In this document: piece by piece, positions 19,861 through 29,461 of the stretch | Layout of the letters: each line of letters starts with the position of its first letter | How positions within the stretch are numbered: the first letter of the stretch is position 1 | Assembly (NCBI GenBank): GCA_963708135.1 | Contig: OY970192.1 | Span: forward strand, 4,160,001 to 4,224,000 | DNA: 64,000 nucleotides | Reading direction: 5' to 3' | Origin: an uncultured Gemmatimonadales bacterium | GTDB taxonomy: Bacteria; Gemmatimonadota; Gemmatimonadetes; Longimicrobiales; RSA9 | Program-made: the position numbers and the translations under genes | Notes under the pieces: generated by a model | Databases searched by the model: none | What the model saw: only the letters and a program-made list of their open reading frames with translations | What the model was told of the DNA's origin: nothing

Positions 19861-20137
19861 TGCGGCGGGCGAGATCTGGCGCTGCCCGGTCGAGCGGCTG
19901 TCGCGGCTCGACGCTCACGAGGCGATCGCCGATCGGCTCTTCCGGCGGGTGGGCATGCTGGTGGGCGACGTGCCGTGCTGGGCATACGTGGCGGGGCCGC
20001 GCCTGACGAAGTCGCGCGGCCCCGCCAGGCGGATCGCGGCGGGTCGGTGGCGGGAACCCGTCTTGCAACTCGGCGGCACGTTGCGCGGCCCCACGGATGG
20101 CGGGCCGGGCCGCCGCGCCCCCGGTTTCCCGCCGTGA
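19859..20137 (+). pseudogene. C-terminal remnant of a gamma-glutamylcyclotransferase (AIG2-like) gene
   Basis: Frame reads GEIWRCPVERLSRLDAHEAIADRLFRRV...CWAYVAGPRL...RRIAAGRW; the N-terminal FVYGTL motif and a suitable start are absent. Confidence 0.55.
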
Positions 20138-20148
20138 AGGAGGGAGCC

Positions 20149-20694
20149 ATGAAGCCCGACCGCACACGGGTGCTCCTCGAAGGCCTCATCGCCGGCGCGC
20201 TTGGCTATGCCACGATCGCGCTGACGCTCGGCACCCTGGACCTCGCCCTCGGCAAGCCGCTCTTCTACACGGCGGCCATCCTCGGTCATGCCCTCTTCTT
20301 CCCCGGCGGAGACCCCGCGCTCGCGCCGATCGCGGCGGGCCCGATCATCGCCGCCAACGGAGCGCACCTCGTGCTCTCGCTGGTCGTGGGGACGGGCGCG
20401 GCCTTCCTCGTACTGGAGGCGGAGCGCCATCCCGATCTCTTCTACGTGATCTTCCTCCTCGCCCTGTTCTTCGTCCTCTCCACCACGGTCGCGCTGCTCG
20501 GCGTGCCTTCGTCGATCGGGCGCGCGGTGCCGTGGTGGGCGCTGCTCGTCGCGAACGTGGCGGCCGCGCTCGTCGCCGGAGCCTACCTCTGGCGCGCCCA
20601 TCCGCGGCTGCGGCAGGAGCTCGAGATGCTGGCCGGCGACGATGGCAGCATGGCGGCCGGGACGGCCGGCGTCGGGCAGCCCTCGGCGGGCTGA
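20149..20694 (+). CDS. Hypothetical membrane protein (about 4 TM helices)
   Basis: GGAGGGAG RBS; hydrophobic helices; ends AYLWRAHPRLR. Confidence 0.75.
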   Translation: MKPDRTRVLLEGLIAGALGYATIALTLGTLDLALGKPLFYTAAILGHALFFPGGDPALAPIAAGPIIAANGAHLVLSLVVGTGAAFLVLEAERHPDLFYVIFLLALFFVLSTTVALLGVPSSIGRAVPWWALLVANVAAALVAGAYLWRAHPRLRQELEMLAGDDGSMAAGTAGVGQPSAG

Positions 20695-20791
20695 GGCCCG
20701 GGATCCCGGGAGGCGGGCGTCGGTCGGTCGATCCGACCGGGCGTTTCGTCCGGCCGCCGGGGCGCTATACGACAACGTCCGCCTGGGTCGG

Positions 20792-20820
20792 TTGCCACAA
20801 CACCCGGTCGTGTCCATACT
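20792..20820 (+). promoter_or_regulatory. Putative sigma70-type promoter giving a leaderless mRNA
   Basis: TTGCCA-N17-CATACT, then 6 nt, then ATG 20827. Confidence 0.55.
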
Positions 20821-20826
20821 TGTGAC

Positions 20827-21285
20827 ATGCCAGCCCGATCGGGATTTCCCCGTGCGACGGCGCGCGCCGTGGTGGCCCTTGCGGGCGGCCTGCTCGCGGG
20901 CGCGTGCGGGTCCGGCCACCTCTCACCGTACCGGGCGCAGCTGGAGGGGAGCTGGCGCTGGGTCGAGTCGTCGGGTGGAGTGGCGGGGAGGACGCTGACG
21001 CCGGGGTCGGAGGGGTACGGCGTGACGTTCCGCTTCCTGGCGGAGCATCGGCTCTCGGTGCTGCGTGACGGCCAGGTGCGTGTTAGCACCGGATACAGGC
21101 TGGAGGACTCGACGGCGCGGGGCCAGCCCGGCGCGGTGCTCGTGCGCTACGGGCTGCCGGTGGATGTGTTCAGGTTCGATCCGGACCTCGCGGCACAGCG
21201 GATCGCGCGGCTGACGGCGGACACGCTCCGCCTGGCGGATCCGTGCTGCGACCGATACGAGCACCTGTTCCTGCGGGCGCGCTGA
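20827..21285 (+). CDS. Hypothetical lipoprotein (lipocalin-like)
   Basis: Lipobox LLAGAC; LEGSWRWVESSGGVAG; DTLRLADPCCDRYEHLF. Confidence 0.75.
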   Translation: MPARSGFPRATARAVVALAGGLLAGACGSGHLSPYRAQLEGSWRWVESSGGVAGRTLTPGSEGYGVTFRFLAEHRLSVLRDGQVRVSTGYRLEDSTARGQPGAVLVRYGLPVDVFRFDPDLAAQRIARLTADTLRLADPCCDRYEHLFLRAR

Positions 21286-21325
21286 GTCGGCGCCGCCCGT
21301 CTCTCCTCGAAAAGGATGACTTGTC

Positions 21326-22294
21326 ATGGAAGCAGACCGGGGCGGCCCGGCCATCGTGGTGCGGGCGGCGCGGAAGGCGTTCGGCGACATCGTGGCTGTG
21401 GGCGGCATCGACCTGACGATCCCGCGGGGCGCGACGTACGGGCTGCTCGGGCCGAACGGGGCGGGCAAGACGACGACGATCCGGATGATCCTGGGGATCA
21501 TCGAGCCGGACTCCGGCGAGGTGGAGATCCTGGGGCGCCCGGCGTCGCGGGAGCAGCTGGACCGGATCGGCTACCTGCCGGAGGAGCGCGGGTTGTACCG
21601 GCGCATGACGGCGGCGCGGGCGCTGGCGTTCTTCGCGGAGCTCAAGGGGGTGCCGGCGTCGGTCTCGGCTCCGCGCATCCGGCATTGGCTGGAGCGGTTC
21701 GATCTGCTGGACCGGATCGACTCGAAGGTGCAGGAGCTCTCGAAGGGGAACCAGCAGAAGCTGCAGCTGGTGGCGACGCTGCTGCACGAGCCGGAGGTCA
21801 TCGTGCTGGACGAGCCCTTCAGCGGGCTGGACCCGATCAACCAGCAGGTGTTCAAGGACATCATGGCTGAGCTCAAGGCGAAGGGGCGGACGATCCTGTT
21901 CAGCACGCACATGATCGAGCAGGCGGAGCGTTCGTGCGATCACGTGTGCATCATCGCGCGGGGCGAGAAGGTGGTGGACGGCCGGGTCGCGGACGTGAAG
22001 GCGGAGCACGGGACGGTCAACGTCGCCGTCGGGCTGGAGCAGTGGTCGGCGGAGGCGGTGGACCTGGTACGCCGCTCGCCGGTCGTGGCGGAGGTGCGGG
22101 CGGACGGCGCGGACGTGGAGGCGGTGCTCCGGCCGGGCGGCGATTCGGACGAGCTGCTCCGGGAGCTGGTCCGGGCGGGCGTCCGCCTGCGCCGGTTCGA
22201 GCGCATGGAGCCCTCCCTGGAGCAGATCTTCGTGGAACGCGTACGGCGCCAGCCGGACCTCGCGGCGGAGCCGCTGGAGGTGGCGCATGTCTAG
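21326..22294 (+). CDS. ABC-2 type transporter ATP-binding protein
   Basis: Walker A GPNGAGKTT, LSKGNQQK, LDEPFSGLDP, FSTH. Confidence 0.93.
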   Translation: MEADRGGPAIVVRAARKAFGDIVAVGGIDLTIPRGATYGLLGPNGAGKTTTIRMILGIIEPDSGEVEILGRPASREQLDRIGYLPEERGLYRRMTAARALAFFAELKGVPASVSAPRIRHWLERFDLLDRIDSKVQELSKGNQQKLQLVATLLHEPEVIVLDEPFSGLDPINQQVFKDIMAELKAKGRTILFSTHMIEQAERSCDHVCIIARGEKVVDGRVADVKAEHGTVNVAVGLEQWSAEAVDLVRRSPVVAEVRADGADVEAVLRPGGDSDELLRELVRAGVRLRRFERMEPSLEQIFVERVRRQPDLAAEPLEVAHV

Positions 22295-23567
22295 GACGTG
22301 GGCGGTGGTCAAGCGCGAGTTCACGGAGGTGGTGCGCCGCCGGTCGTACCGGCTCATGACCGTGCTCTTCCCGGTGTTCTACGTGGGAGTCCTCGCTTTC
22401 TTCGTGCTGATCATGCGGGGTGGGGGCGAGGCGCGGGTGACGATCGTGGATGCGACGGGAGTGGGGCTCGGGCAGCGGGTGGAGCAGACGCTCACGACGC
22501 TGCCGCCGGGCGCGGACGCGAGCAAGAGGACGACGTTCCACGCTTCGCTGCTGGCGGTGGGCGCGCAGGACACGGCGGAGGCTCGCTCGGGGCTGCTGGA
22601 GCGGATCGAGGCGAAGCAGCTGGACGGCTACATCCTGCTCCCGCCGGGTGTTCTGACCGGGGCCGAGGCGGTTTACGAGGGGCGGAGCTCGACCAACCTG
22701 CGGCAGATGGAGCAGATCCGGAGCGCCGTGCAGTCGGCGGTGCAGGGTGCGCGGCTGGCGGACCAGGGGGTGGACCCGGTGCGGCTGGCGGCGGCGTTGC
22801 GGCCCATCAAGTTCGAGGCGCTGAAGGCGGGGAAGGGGGCGGCCCAGGGGACGGGGCAGTCGCTGTACCTGCTCGGCTACATTCTGGGCTTCATGGTCTA
22901 CCTGCTGGTGATGATCCACGGGCAGGCGGTGATGCGCAGCGTGCTTGAGGAGAAGAAGGACCGGATCGTGGAAGTGGTCGTGAGCTCGATCCGGGCCAAG
23001 CAGCTGATGCTCGGGAAAGTGCTCGGCATCGGGGGGGCCAGCCTGCTGCAGGTGGGGATCTGGATCGTCACGGGGCTGGTGCTGCTGCGCGCTGCGCCGG
23101 GCATCGCGGCGAGGCTCGGCGGCAGCCTGCCGCCGCTGCCGCAGGTGCCGGTCTCGGTGGCGGTGACGTTCCTGCTGTTCTTCGCGCTCGGCTTCCTGTT
23201 GTACGCCTCGATCTTCGCGGCGCTGGGCGCGATGGCGACTTCGGACCAGGACCTCCAGCAGCTCCAGTTCGTGCCGACGATGCTGCTCATGGTCAGCTAC
23301 TTCGTCATGTTCAAGGCGATGTTGGATCCCGAGGGTACGGTGTCGGTCGTGGCCTCCTGGGTGCCGATCTCGTCGGTGATGGTGATGCCGGTGCGGGCGG
23401 CCATCGTGGCGGTGAGCCCGCTCGAGATCGCGGGCTCCCTCGCGGTGCTGATCGTGACGGGGCTGGGCTTTGTGTGGGTTGGGGGCAAGATCTACCGGAT
23501 CGGCATCCTGGCTACGGGCAAGCGGCCGTCGCTGTCCGAGGTGGTGCATTGGGTGCGCACGGCCTGA
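22287..23567 (+). CDS. ABC-2 type permease (NatB/YhaP-like)
   Basis: VKREF..VR, SVLEEKKDRIVEVVVSS, LMLGKVLGIG, KIYRIGILATGKRP. Confidence 0.9.
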   Translation: MSRTWAVVKREFTEVVRRRSYRLMTVLFPVFYVGVLAFFVLIMRGGGEARVTIVDATGVGLGQRVEQTLTTLPPGADASKRTTFHASLLAVGAQDTAEARSGLLERIEAKQLDGYILLPPGVLTGAEAVYEGRSSTNLRQMEQIRSAVQSAVQGARLADQGVDPVRLAAALRPIKFEALKAGKGAAQGTGQSLYLLGYILGFMVYLLVMIHGQAVMRSVLEEKKDRIVEVVVSSIRAKQLMLGKVLGIGGASLLQVGIWIVTGLVLLRAAPGIAARLGGSLPPLPQVPVSVAVTFLLFFALGFLLYASIFAALGAMATSDQDLQQLQFVPTMLLMVSYFVMFKAMLDPEGTVSVVASWVPISSVMVMPVRAAIVAVSPLEIAGSLAVLIVTGLGFVWVGGKIYRIGILATGKRPSLSEVVHWVRTA

Positions 23568-23616
23568 GGCAGGGGCGGCGGGCGGTGGGCGCGGCCGCTC
23601 CGGGGCGGCGCAGCGG

Positions 23617-24669
23617 ATGAGCCCGGGCTGGGTGGTCGCGGCGCTGGTCCTCGGCGGGCTGCTTGCGTGGGTGGCGCTGGAGGTCCGCCGGCTCACGCGC
23701 GGGACGCCCGAGCCGGTGGCGCGGCTGGAGGCGAAGGTGGAGGCGCTGACGGTGCAGCTCGGCGAGCGGCTGGGCGCGTCGGCGGAGGCGTCCGGGCGGC
23801 TCGCGACGCTCGTGCAGGGGCAGCTGACTGAGGCGGGCCGCACGATGGCCGCGCTGGGGGAGCGGCTGGGGCGGCTGGACGAGGCGACACGGCAGGTCGA
23901 GCGGGTCGGCCAGTCGATCGCGGGGCTCGAGCGGCTGCTGGCCTCGCCGAAGCGGCGCGGCATCTTCGGGGAGGCGGCGCTGGAGGAGCTTCTGGCGGAG
24001 GTGCTGCCGCCCGCGTACGTGCTGCGGCAGCACCGGCTTCCCACGCGGGGCGTGATCGTGGACACGGCGGTGCGGACGGCGGATGGCCGGCTGATCCCGA
24101 TCGACAGCAAGTTTCCGATCGAGGCGTACCGCCGCTTCTCCGAGGCCGAGGGCGGCGAGGAGGGCGAGCGGGAGCGGCTGCGCCGGGAGCTGCAACGCAC
24201 GGTGCGGGCGCGGGTGGACGAGATCGCCACGAAGTACATCTCGCCCGACGACGGCACGCTCGACTTCGCGCTCATGTTCATCCCGGCGGAGAGCGTGTAC
24301 TACGAGCTGGCCGTGCGGGAGAGCGGGCTCGAGCTCGCGGCGTATGCCCGGGAGAGCAGGGTGCTCCTGTGCTCACCGGGGACGCTGTACGCCTATCTCC
24401 AGGCGATCCTGCTGGGGATCCGCGGCGTGGAGGTGGCGCGCCGGGCGCGGGAAATCCAGGCCGCGCTCTCGCACCTGGCGCAGGACGCTTCGGAGGCGCG
24501 CGACTGCCTCGAGCGGGCCGGGCACCAGCTGCGCAACGCCGGCTCGAACGTCGAGCTGGGACAGAAGGCGCTGGAGAAGCTGGAGGCCCGGCTGACGGGG
24601 ATCGCAGCGGTGGAGAGCGGGGCTGTCGACGCCCTGGCGCCGGTTCACGCGGGAGCGGACCGCGGGTAG
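23617..24669 (+). CDS. rmuC: DNA recombination protein RmuC
   Basis: RGIFGE..LE.LL, IPIDSKFP, KYISP..GTLDFALMFIPAESVY, SPGTL. Confidence 0.9.
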   Translation: MSPGWVVAALVLGGLLAWVALEVRRLTRGTPEPVARLEAKVEALTVQLGERLGASAEASGRLATLVQGQLTEAGRTMAALGERLGRLDEATRQVERVGQSIAGLERLLASPKRRGIFGEAALEELLAEVLPPAYVLRQHRLPTRGVIVDTAVRTADGRLIPIDSKFPIEAYRRFSEAEGGEEGERERLRRELQRTVRARVDEIATKYISPDDGTLDFALMFIPAESVYYELAVRESGLELAAYARESRVLLCSPGTLYAYLQAILLGIRGVEVARRAREIQAALSHLAQDASEARDCLERAGHQLRNAGSNVELGQKALEKLEARLTGIAAVESGAVDALAPVHAGADRG

Positions 24670-24686
24670 GTCGTAATGCGGCGGGC

Positions 24687-25715
24687 TCAGCCGCTGGAGC
24701 CGCGGTCGGCTCCGTCGATGGCACCGGCGTGGCGGTAGTTCATGACGCTGGCCGTGGCCAGGCCGGTCAGCTCCACGAGCGCTGGCGCCTCACGCCTCCC
24801 CGCGCGCAGCTCCAGGGCGGCGGCCCGGCGGCCGAGGAAGTCGAGGAAGGCGTGAACCACCGGCGCCGCCTCACCGGTCCAGTAGACGACCCGCTCCGCG
24901 AGCTCCGGCTGATGGACGGCGATGAAGTCGGCCGCGCGACCGCCATCCGGCTCTCCCGTGGCGCCGCGGAAGATGTTCCGCAGATCCGCATCGAACCGGT
25001 GCACGTCCCCGATGAAGAGCGCCGCCTCGCAGTACCGGTACGGCTCCTCCACGGCATAGTGCAGTCCCTCGATGGACGCATCCGGGCGGCGGTCGCCGGG
25101 GCGAGCGGGGAGGTGCGGCCCGATCTCGTGCGCGAGCCGATCGACGTACTCGAGCTTGCGCAGCGCGGGCCAGCGGGCGTACGCCTCGCGCCACTCGCCG
25201 GGCGGGGCGAGCCACGCCGCGAAGGTCTCCGCGAAGTCCTCATTGGGGTGCTTCTGCGCCAGCCAGCCGGGCAGATGCCGGACGAAGTCGCGCGACAACG
25301 GGTCGGCGTGGAACCGCTCGAGGCGCGGTCGGGAGGCGGGCCCGAACCGCTCGCGCCAGGCGGGCCGCTCGTTCAGCCGGTAGGCGGAGGCGAAGGCGTG
25401 GCCTGCATGGTGCCGCAGCAGCATCATCGGCTCACGTCCGGCGTCCGCGGCGCCGGCGCTCTCGGCCTCGAGGGCGGCCAGCACGGGGTCGGCCAGGTAG
25501 AACGGGACCGTGATGACGGCGCCGGCGGCCGGGCAGCGCCAGCCGTCGTCCAGCTCGACGGGCGGGCGAAAGGCGAGCGCACGGGCGTCCAGCTCCGCGT
25601 AGAGCTGCTCGACGAGCCGCTCGAGGGGCGCGCCATGGAGCCGGTCCCGCAGGTCGGACATGCGCCGGCCAACGAGCTCCGCGCGCTGCTGCTCCCACAG
25701 TTCGATGGTTGTCAC
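24687..25715 (-). CDS. Putative zinc-binding metallopeptidase family protein with altered HExxH motif; alternative start ATG 25796
   Basis: VPFYLADP, LLRHHAGHAF, AQKHPNEDFAETFAAWL, WPALRKLEYVD. Confidence 0.75.
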   Translation of the reverse strand: MTTIELWEQQRAELVGRRMSDLRDRLHGAPLERLVEQLYAELDARALAFRPPVELDDGWRCPAAGAVITVPFYLADPVLAALEAESAGAADAGREPMMLLRHHAGHAFASAYRLNERPAWRERFGPASRPRLERFHADPLSRDFVRHLPGWLAQKHPNEDFAETFAAWLAPPGEWREAYARWPALRKLEYVDRLAHEIGPHLPARPGDRRPDASIEGLHYAVEEPYRYCEAALFIGDVHRFDADLRNIFRGATGEPDGGRAADFIAVHQPELAERVVYWTGEAAPVVHAFLDFLGRRAAALELRAGRREAPALVELTGLATASVMNYRHAGAIDGADRGSSG

Positions 25716-25964
25716 GCCGGGCGGTTGCGGGCAAGCTCCGTACCCGGTGTGGAGCGCGGGAAACCGGCGTTCTTCCGTTGCGGAAGCAGGCATCATAGGA
25801 CAGCATGGCCGACCGGGCGGAGGCGGATGGCGACATGAGTGTACCAACGGCGGGTGGGGGTGGGCGTTAGGGTGGGGCAAAAACGGGGGCACGAGGGGTG
25901 GGGATACGACGGGAGGAACCGCGGTTGGGGGGCGCGGATGGGGGGAGTGCAGGGTGTGCGGGGC

Positions 25965-28280
25965 TCAGTCGGCGACCATGCGCGGGGCCGCGGCGATGTC
26001 AAAGCCGATGCGGTGGCGGCCGCGCGGGTTCTCGCGCTTGAGCTCCTCGGCGAGCGACTGATACTCCCGCTCCATCTCCGGGGTGACGGAAGCGCGGGTC
26101 TCGGCGAGCGCCTTCTCGAAGAAGCGCATGGAGACGCTGCCGGCTTCGAGATCCTCGCGGAGCGCCTGGAGCCCGGCGCGACGGACGAGGTCCTCGAGGT
26201 CGGCGCCGGTGTAGCCGCGGGTCCGCTCGGCGAGGACGTCGAGGTCGACGTCGTCGGCCAGCGGCATCTTGGTGGTGTGGATGCGCAGGATGTGGAGTCG
26301 GCCCTCGCGCTCGGGGATCGAGACGTAGACGAGCTCGTCGAAGCGCCCGGGCCGCATGAGCGCCGGGTCGATCAGGGTCGGCCGGTTGGTGGCGCCGATG
26401 ACGACGGTGCCCTGGAGCTCCTCGAGGCCGTCCAGCTCGGCGAGCATGGTGTTGACCACACGCTCCGTGACGGCCGGCTCGCCCAGGCCACCCCCGCGCT
26501 GGGGCGCGAGCGAGTCGATCTCGTCGATGAAGATGACGGCGGGCGCGACCTGGCGCGCACGCTGGAAGAGGCGCGAGATCTGGCGCTCGGACTCGCCGTA
26601 CCACTTCGAGAGCAGGTCGCTCGACTTGGTGGCGATGAAGTTGGCCTCGGCCTCGCGGGCGACCGCCTTGGCGAGGAGCGTCTTGCCGGAGCCGGGCGGG
26701 CCGAAGAGCAGGAACCCCTTGGCGGGGCGGATGCCGAGGCGGCGGAAGGCGTCGGGGTGCTTCAGCGGCAGCTCGACGCCCTCGCGCAGCGCGCGCTTGG
26801 CGTCCTCGAGGCCGCCGACGTCGTCCCAGCCGACGTCGGGCGCCTGGATCATGATCTCGCGCAGCGCGGAGGGCTGGACGCGCTTGAGGGCGTTCATGAA
26901 GTCGTCCCCGGTGACCTGGAGCTGCTCGAGCACCTCCTGCGGGATGCCGCCGCCGTCGAGGTTGATGCGGGGCAGATTGCGGCGCAGCGTCTCCATGGCG
27001 GCCTCGCGGGCGAGGGCGGAGACGTCGGCGCCGACGAAGCCGTAGGTGACGCGGGCGAGCTCGCCGAGGTCCACGTCGCCGGCGAGCGGCATGCCGCGGG
27101 TGTGGATACCGAGCACTTCGCGGCGGCCCTGGAGATCGGGGACGCCGACGACGATCTCGCGGTCGAAGCGGCCGGGGCGGCGCAGCGCCTCGTCGAGGGC
27201 GTCCACGCGGTTGGTGGCGCCGATGACGACGACGTTCTGGCGCGGCTCGAGCCCGTCCAGCAGCGTGAGCAGCTGGGCGACGACGCGGCGTTCCACCTCG
27301 CCCGTGACCTCCTCGCGCTTGGGCGCGATGGAGTCGATCTCATCGATGAAGATGATCGAGGGCGCCTGCTGCTGCGCCTGCTGGAAGATGTCGCGCAGCC
27401 GCTGCTCCGACTCGCCGTAGAAGCGGCCCATGATCTCGGGGCCGCCGATGTGGAAGAACTTCGCATCCGCCTCGTTGGCGACGGCGCGGGCGAGGAGCGT
27501 CTTGCCGGTACCGGGCGGGCCGTAGAGGAGCACGCCCTTGGGCGGGTCGATGCCGAGGCGCTGGAAGAGCTCAGGGTGCTTGAGGGGGAGCTCGATCATC
27601 TCGCGGACCTGGGCCAGCGTGTCGCCGAGGCCGCCAATGTCGTCGTAGGTGACGTCGGCGGCGCCGGCCTCCTCCGCCTCGACGTACTCGGGGAGCAGCT
27701 CGATCTCCGTCTCCTGCGCCACGCGCACGACGCCGCGCGGCTGGGTGGAGATCACGCGCAGGCGGATCTCCTGAAGGCCGAAGGCGGGCTGCTCGAAGAA
27801 GATGCGGAACAGGTCCTCGGGGAAGGCGCCGCGCTCGGCGGGCGGTTTGCCGCCACTGCCGCGCTGGTAGATCGAGGTCGAGATGACGTCGCCCACGACG
27901 AGGGGGCGCTGGAACAGGGTGCGGCGCAGCATCTCGCCGGAGCCCATGAGGCGCAGGTTCTTCTGGGCGGGAGCGAGCTGGATGCGGCGGGCCGGCTTGA
28001 CGTCGGCGCGGCGGATGTCCACATAATCGCCGATGCTGACGCCGACGTTGGTGCGCTGCAGGCCGTCGAGGCGGATCACGTCCAGCCCCTCGTCCTCGGC
28101 GTACGGCGGCAGCGCGGTGGCGGCGGTGGTCCTCTTGCCGACGATCTCCAGGACATCGCCATCGCGAGCGCCCAGGCCCCGCAACGTGGCGCGGCTGAGG
28201 CGCACCGTGCCCGTCCCCACGTCCTGCGGCTTGGCTCCGGCGACCTGCAGCCGGACGCTCTCCTGCGGTTGTTCGGGCAT
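25965..28280 (-). CDS. Cdc48/VCP-family AAA+ ATPase
   Basis: N-domain plus two AAA modules (GPPGTGKT/IDEIDS and GPPGSGKT/IDEIDS), RRPGRFD, VQPSALRE. Confidence 0.95.
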   Translation of the reverse strand: MPEQPQESVRLQVAGAKPQDVGTGTVRLSRATLRGLGARDGDVLEIVGKRTTAATALPPYAEDEGLDVIRLDGLQRTNVGVSIGDYVDIRRADVKPARRIQLAPAQKNLRLMGSGEMLRRTLFQRPLVVGDVISTSIYQRGSGGKPPAERGAFPEDLFRIFFEQPAFGLQEIRLRVISTQPRGVVRVAQETEIELLPEYVEAEEAGAADVTYDDIGGLGDTLAQVREMIELPLKHPELFQRLGIDPPKGVLLYGPPGTGKTLLARAVANEADAKFFHIGGPEIMGRFYGESEQRLRDIFQQAQQQAPSIIFIDEIDSIAPKREEVTGEVERRVVAQLLTLLDGLEPRQNVVVIGATNRVDALDEALRRPGRFDREIVVGVPDLQGRREVLGIHTRGMPLAGDVDLGELARVTYGFVGADVSALAREAAMETLRRNLPRINLDGGGIPQEVLEQLQVTGDDFMNALKRVQPSALREIMIQAPDVGWDDVGGLEDAKRALREGVELPLKHPDAFRRLGIRPAKGFLLFGPPGSGKTLLAKAVAREAEANFIATKSSDLLSKWYGESERQISRLFQRARQVAPAVIFIDEIDSLAPQRGGGLGEPAVTERVVNTMLAELDGLEELQGTVVIGATNRPTLIDPALMRPGRFDELVYVSIPEREGRLHILRIHTTKMPLADDVDLDVLAERTRGYTGADLEDLVRRAGLQALREDLEAGSVSMRFFEKALAETRASVTPEMEREYQSLAEELKRENPRGRHRIGFDIAAAPRMVAD

Positions 28281-28381
28281 CGCCTCCTCCGGGGGATGGT
28301 TCCGAGGCGAGGGAGGAAGCAAGATGCGTGCGTTGCAGGGGCGGGGGCAGGGGGCTGGGGCAGGGGGCTGGGGCAGAAAGG

Positions 28382-28515
28382 GAAGGCAGAAGGCAGAAGG
28401 CAGGGGCAGGTTCAGGGGCAGGTTGAGGGGCAGGTTCAGGGGCAGGTCGAGGTTCAGGTTCAGGGGCAGGTTGAGGGGCAGGTTCAGGGGCAGGTTGAGG
28501 TTCAGGTTCAGGGGG
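28382..28515. repeat. Hexamer tandem array (AGGGGC/AGGTTC/AGGTTG) with 48-bp higher-order duplication, preceded by (GAAGGCA)x3
   Basis: 18 AGGnnn units at 28402-28509; 28414-28461 is repeated at 28462-28509 with one mismatch. Confidence 0.9.
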
Positions 28516-28548
28516 ATGGGGTAGGGGTCAGCGGACGGGGAGGACGGA

Positions 28549-29379
28549 ATGAGGAACGAGATCGGGCGCGTGCTGCTGGTGGTCGTGGTGCTGCTCGGAG
28601 GCGGGGGGCGGGGGGTGGCGGCGCAGGGGGGAGCGGGGGGAGGGGTGGTGGGGGCGGATTCGGCGCGAGGGTTCTTCCTGGTGCAGGACATTGGGGTGGG
28701 GCTGCGGGGCCTGGGGCACGTGCTGACGCGGCCGGCGCACTGGAGCACCACGCAGTGGGCGGTGGTGCCGGCGGGGGCGCTGGCGCTCGGTGCGCTGTCG
28801 GGGCTCGATGGGCCGGTGCGGGACTGGGCGGACCGGCACCACTCGCGGGCGGCGAACGACGTCGTGGCGCAGGTTGAGCCGTTCGGAGAGCTGCGCTCGC
28901 TCTACGTGGTGGTCGGCGCGTACGCGGGCGGGCTCGCGCTGCACCGGCCGGGGCTACGGCGAACGGCCGTGGAGGCGGCCACGGCGAGCATCGCGGCGGG
29001 CGGGATCGTGACCCCGCTGATCAAGCTCGCGGTGGGGCGGGCGCGGCCGCGGCAGCACGAGGGCGCGTACGCCTTCCACGGCTTCTCGGGCGACGCATCG
29101 TTCCCGTCGGGCCATACGACGCAGGCGTTCGCGGTCGCCTCGGTGCTGGCGGCCGAGGCGCACCCGCTCTGGGCGAAGGTGGCGGCCTACGGGCTGGCGA
29201 CGGGGGTGGCGGGGTCGCGGATCTACCACGACGCCCACTTCGTGACGGACGTGACGGCGGGGGCGCTCATCGGCACGGTGGTGGGGCACAGCGTGGTCGG
29301 CTACGACGACCGGATCCGGCTGAGCGCCGCGCCGGTGGGCGGCGGCGGCGCGGAGCTGGGGCTGGTCTGGCGGTTCTGA
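28549..29379 (+). CDS. PAP2-family phosphatase
   Basis: K...GRARP, SFPSGHT, SRIYHDAHFVTDV. Confidence 0.9.
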   Translation: MRNEIGRVLLVVVVLLGGGGRGVAAQGGAGGGVVGADSARGFFLVQDIGVGLRGLGHVLTRPAHWSTTQWAVVPAGALALGALSGLDGPVRDWADRHHSRAANDVVAQVEPFGELRSLYVVVGAYAGGLALHRPGLRRTAVEAATASIAAGGIVTPLIKLAVGRARPRQHEGAYAFHGFSGDASFPSGHTTQAFAVASVLAAEAHPLWAKVAAYGLATGVAGSRIYHDAHFVTDVTAGALIGTVVGHSVVGYDDRIRLSAAPVGGGGAELGLVWRF

Positions 29380-29461
29380 GTCGCGCCTGGCCGGGGCGGT
29401 CGAACCGCGGCGCTCGGGGCGAGGCGGCGTGGCGCCGGTCGCGCGAGGGCGGCGACGTCGC

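Noticed and set aside
28402..28509. Repeat arrays as CRISPR
   Set aside because: Short tandem hexamers with no unique spacers and no cas genes.
28281..28751. Apparent LPLN-repeat N-terminal extension of Cdc48
   Set aside because: Translation of the intergenic repeat; GGAGGAGG precedes ATG 28280.
25839..28877. Long antisense or alternate-frame ORFs (e.g. 25839..28877 +, 33463..37206 +, 44831..49093 +, 29868..33026 -)
   Set aside because: Shadow frames of well-supported genes in very GC-rich DNA; Arg/Ala/Gly-rich with no motifs.
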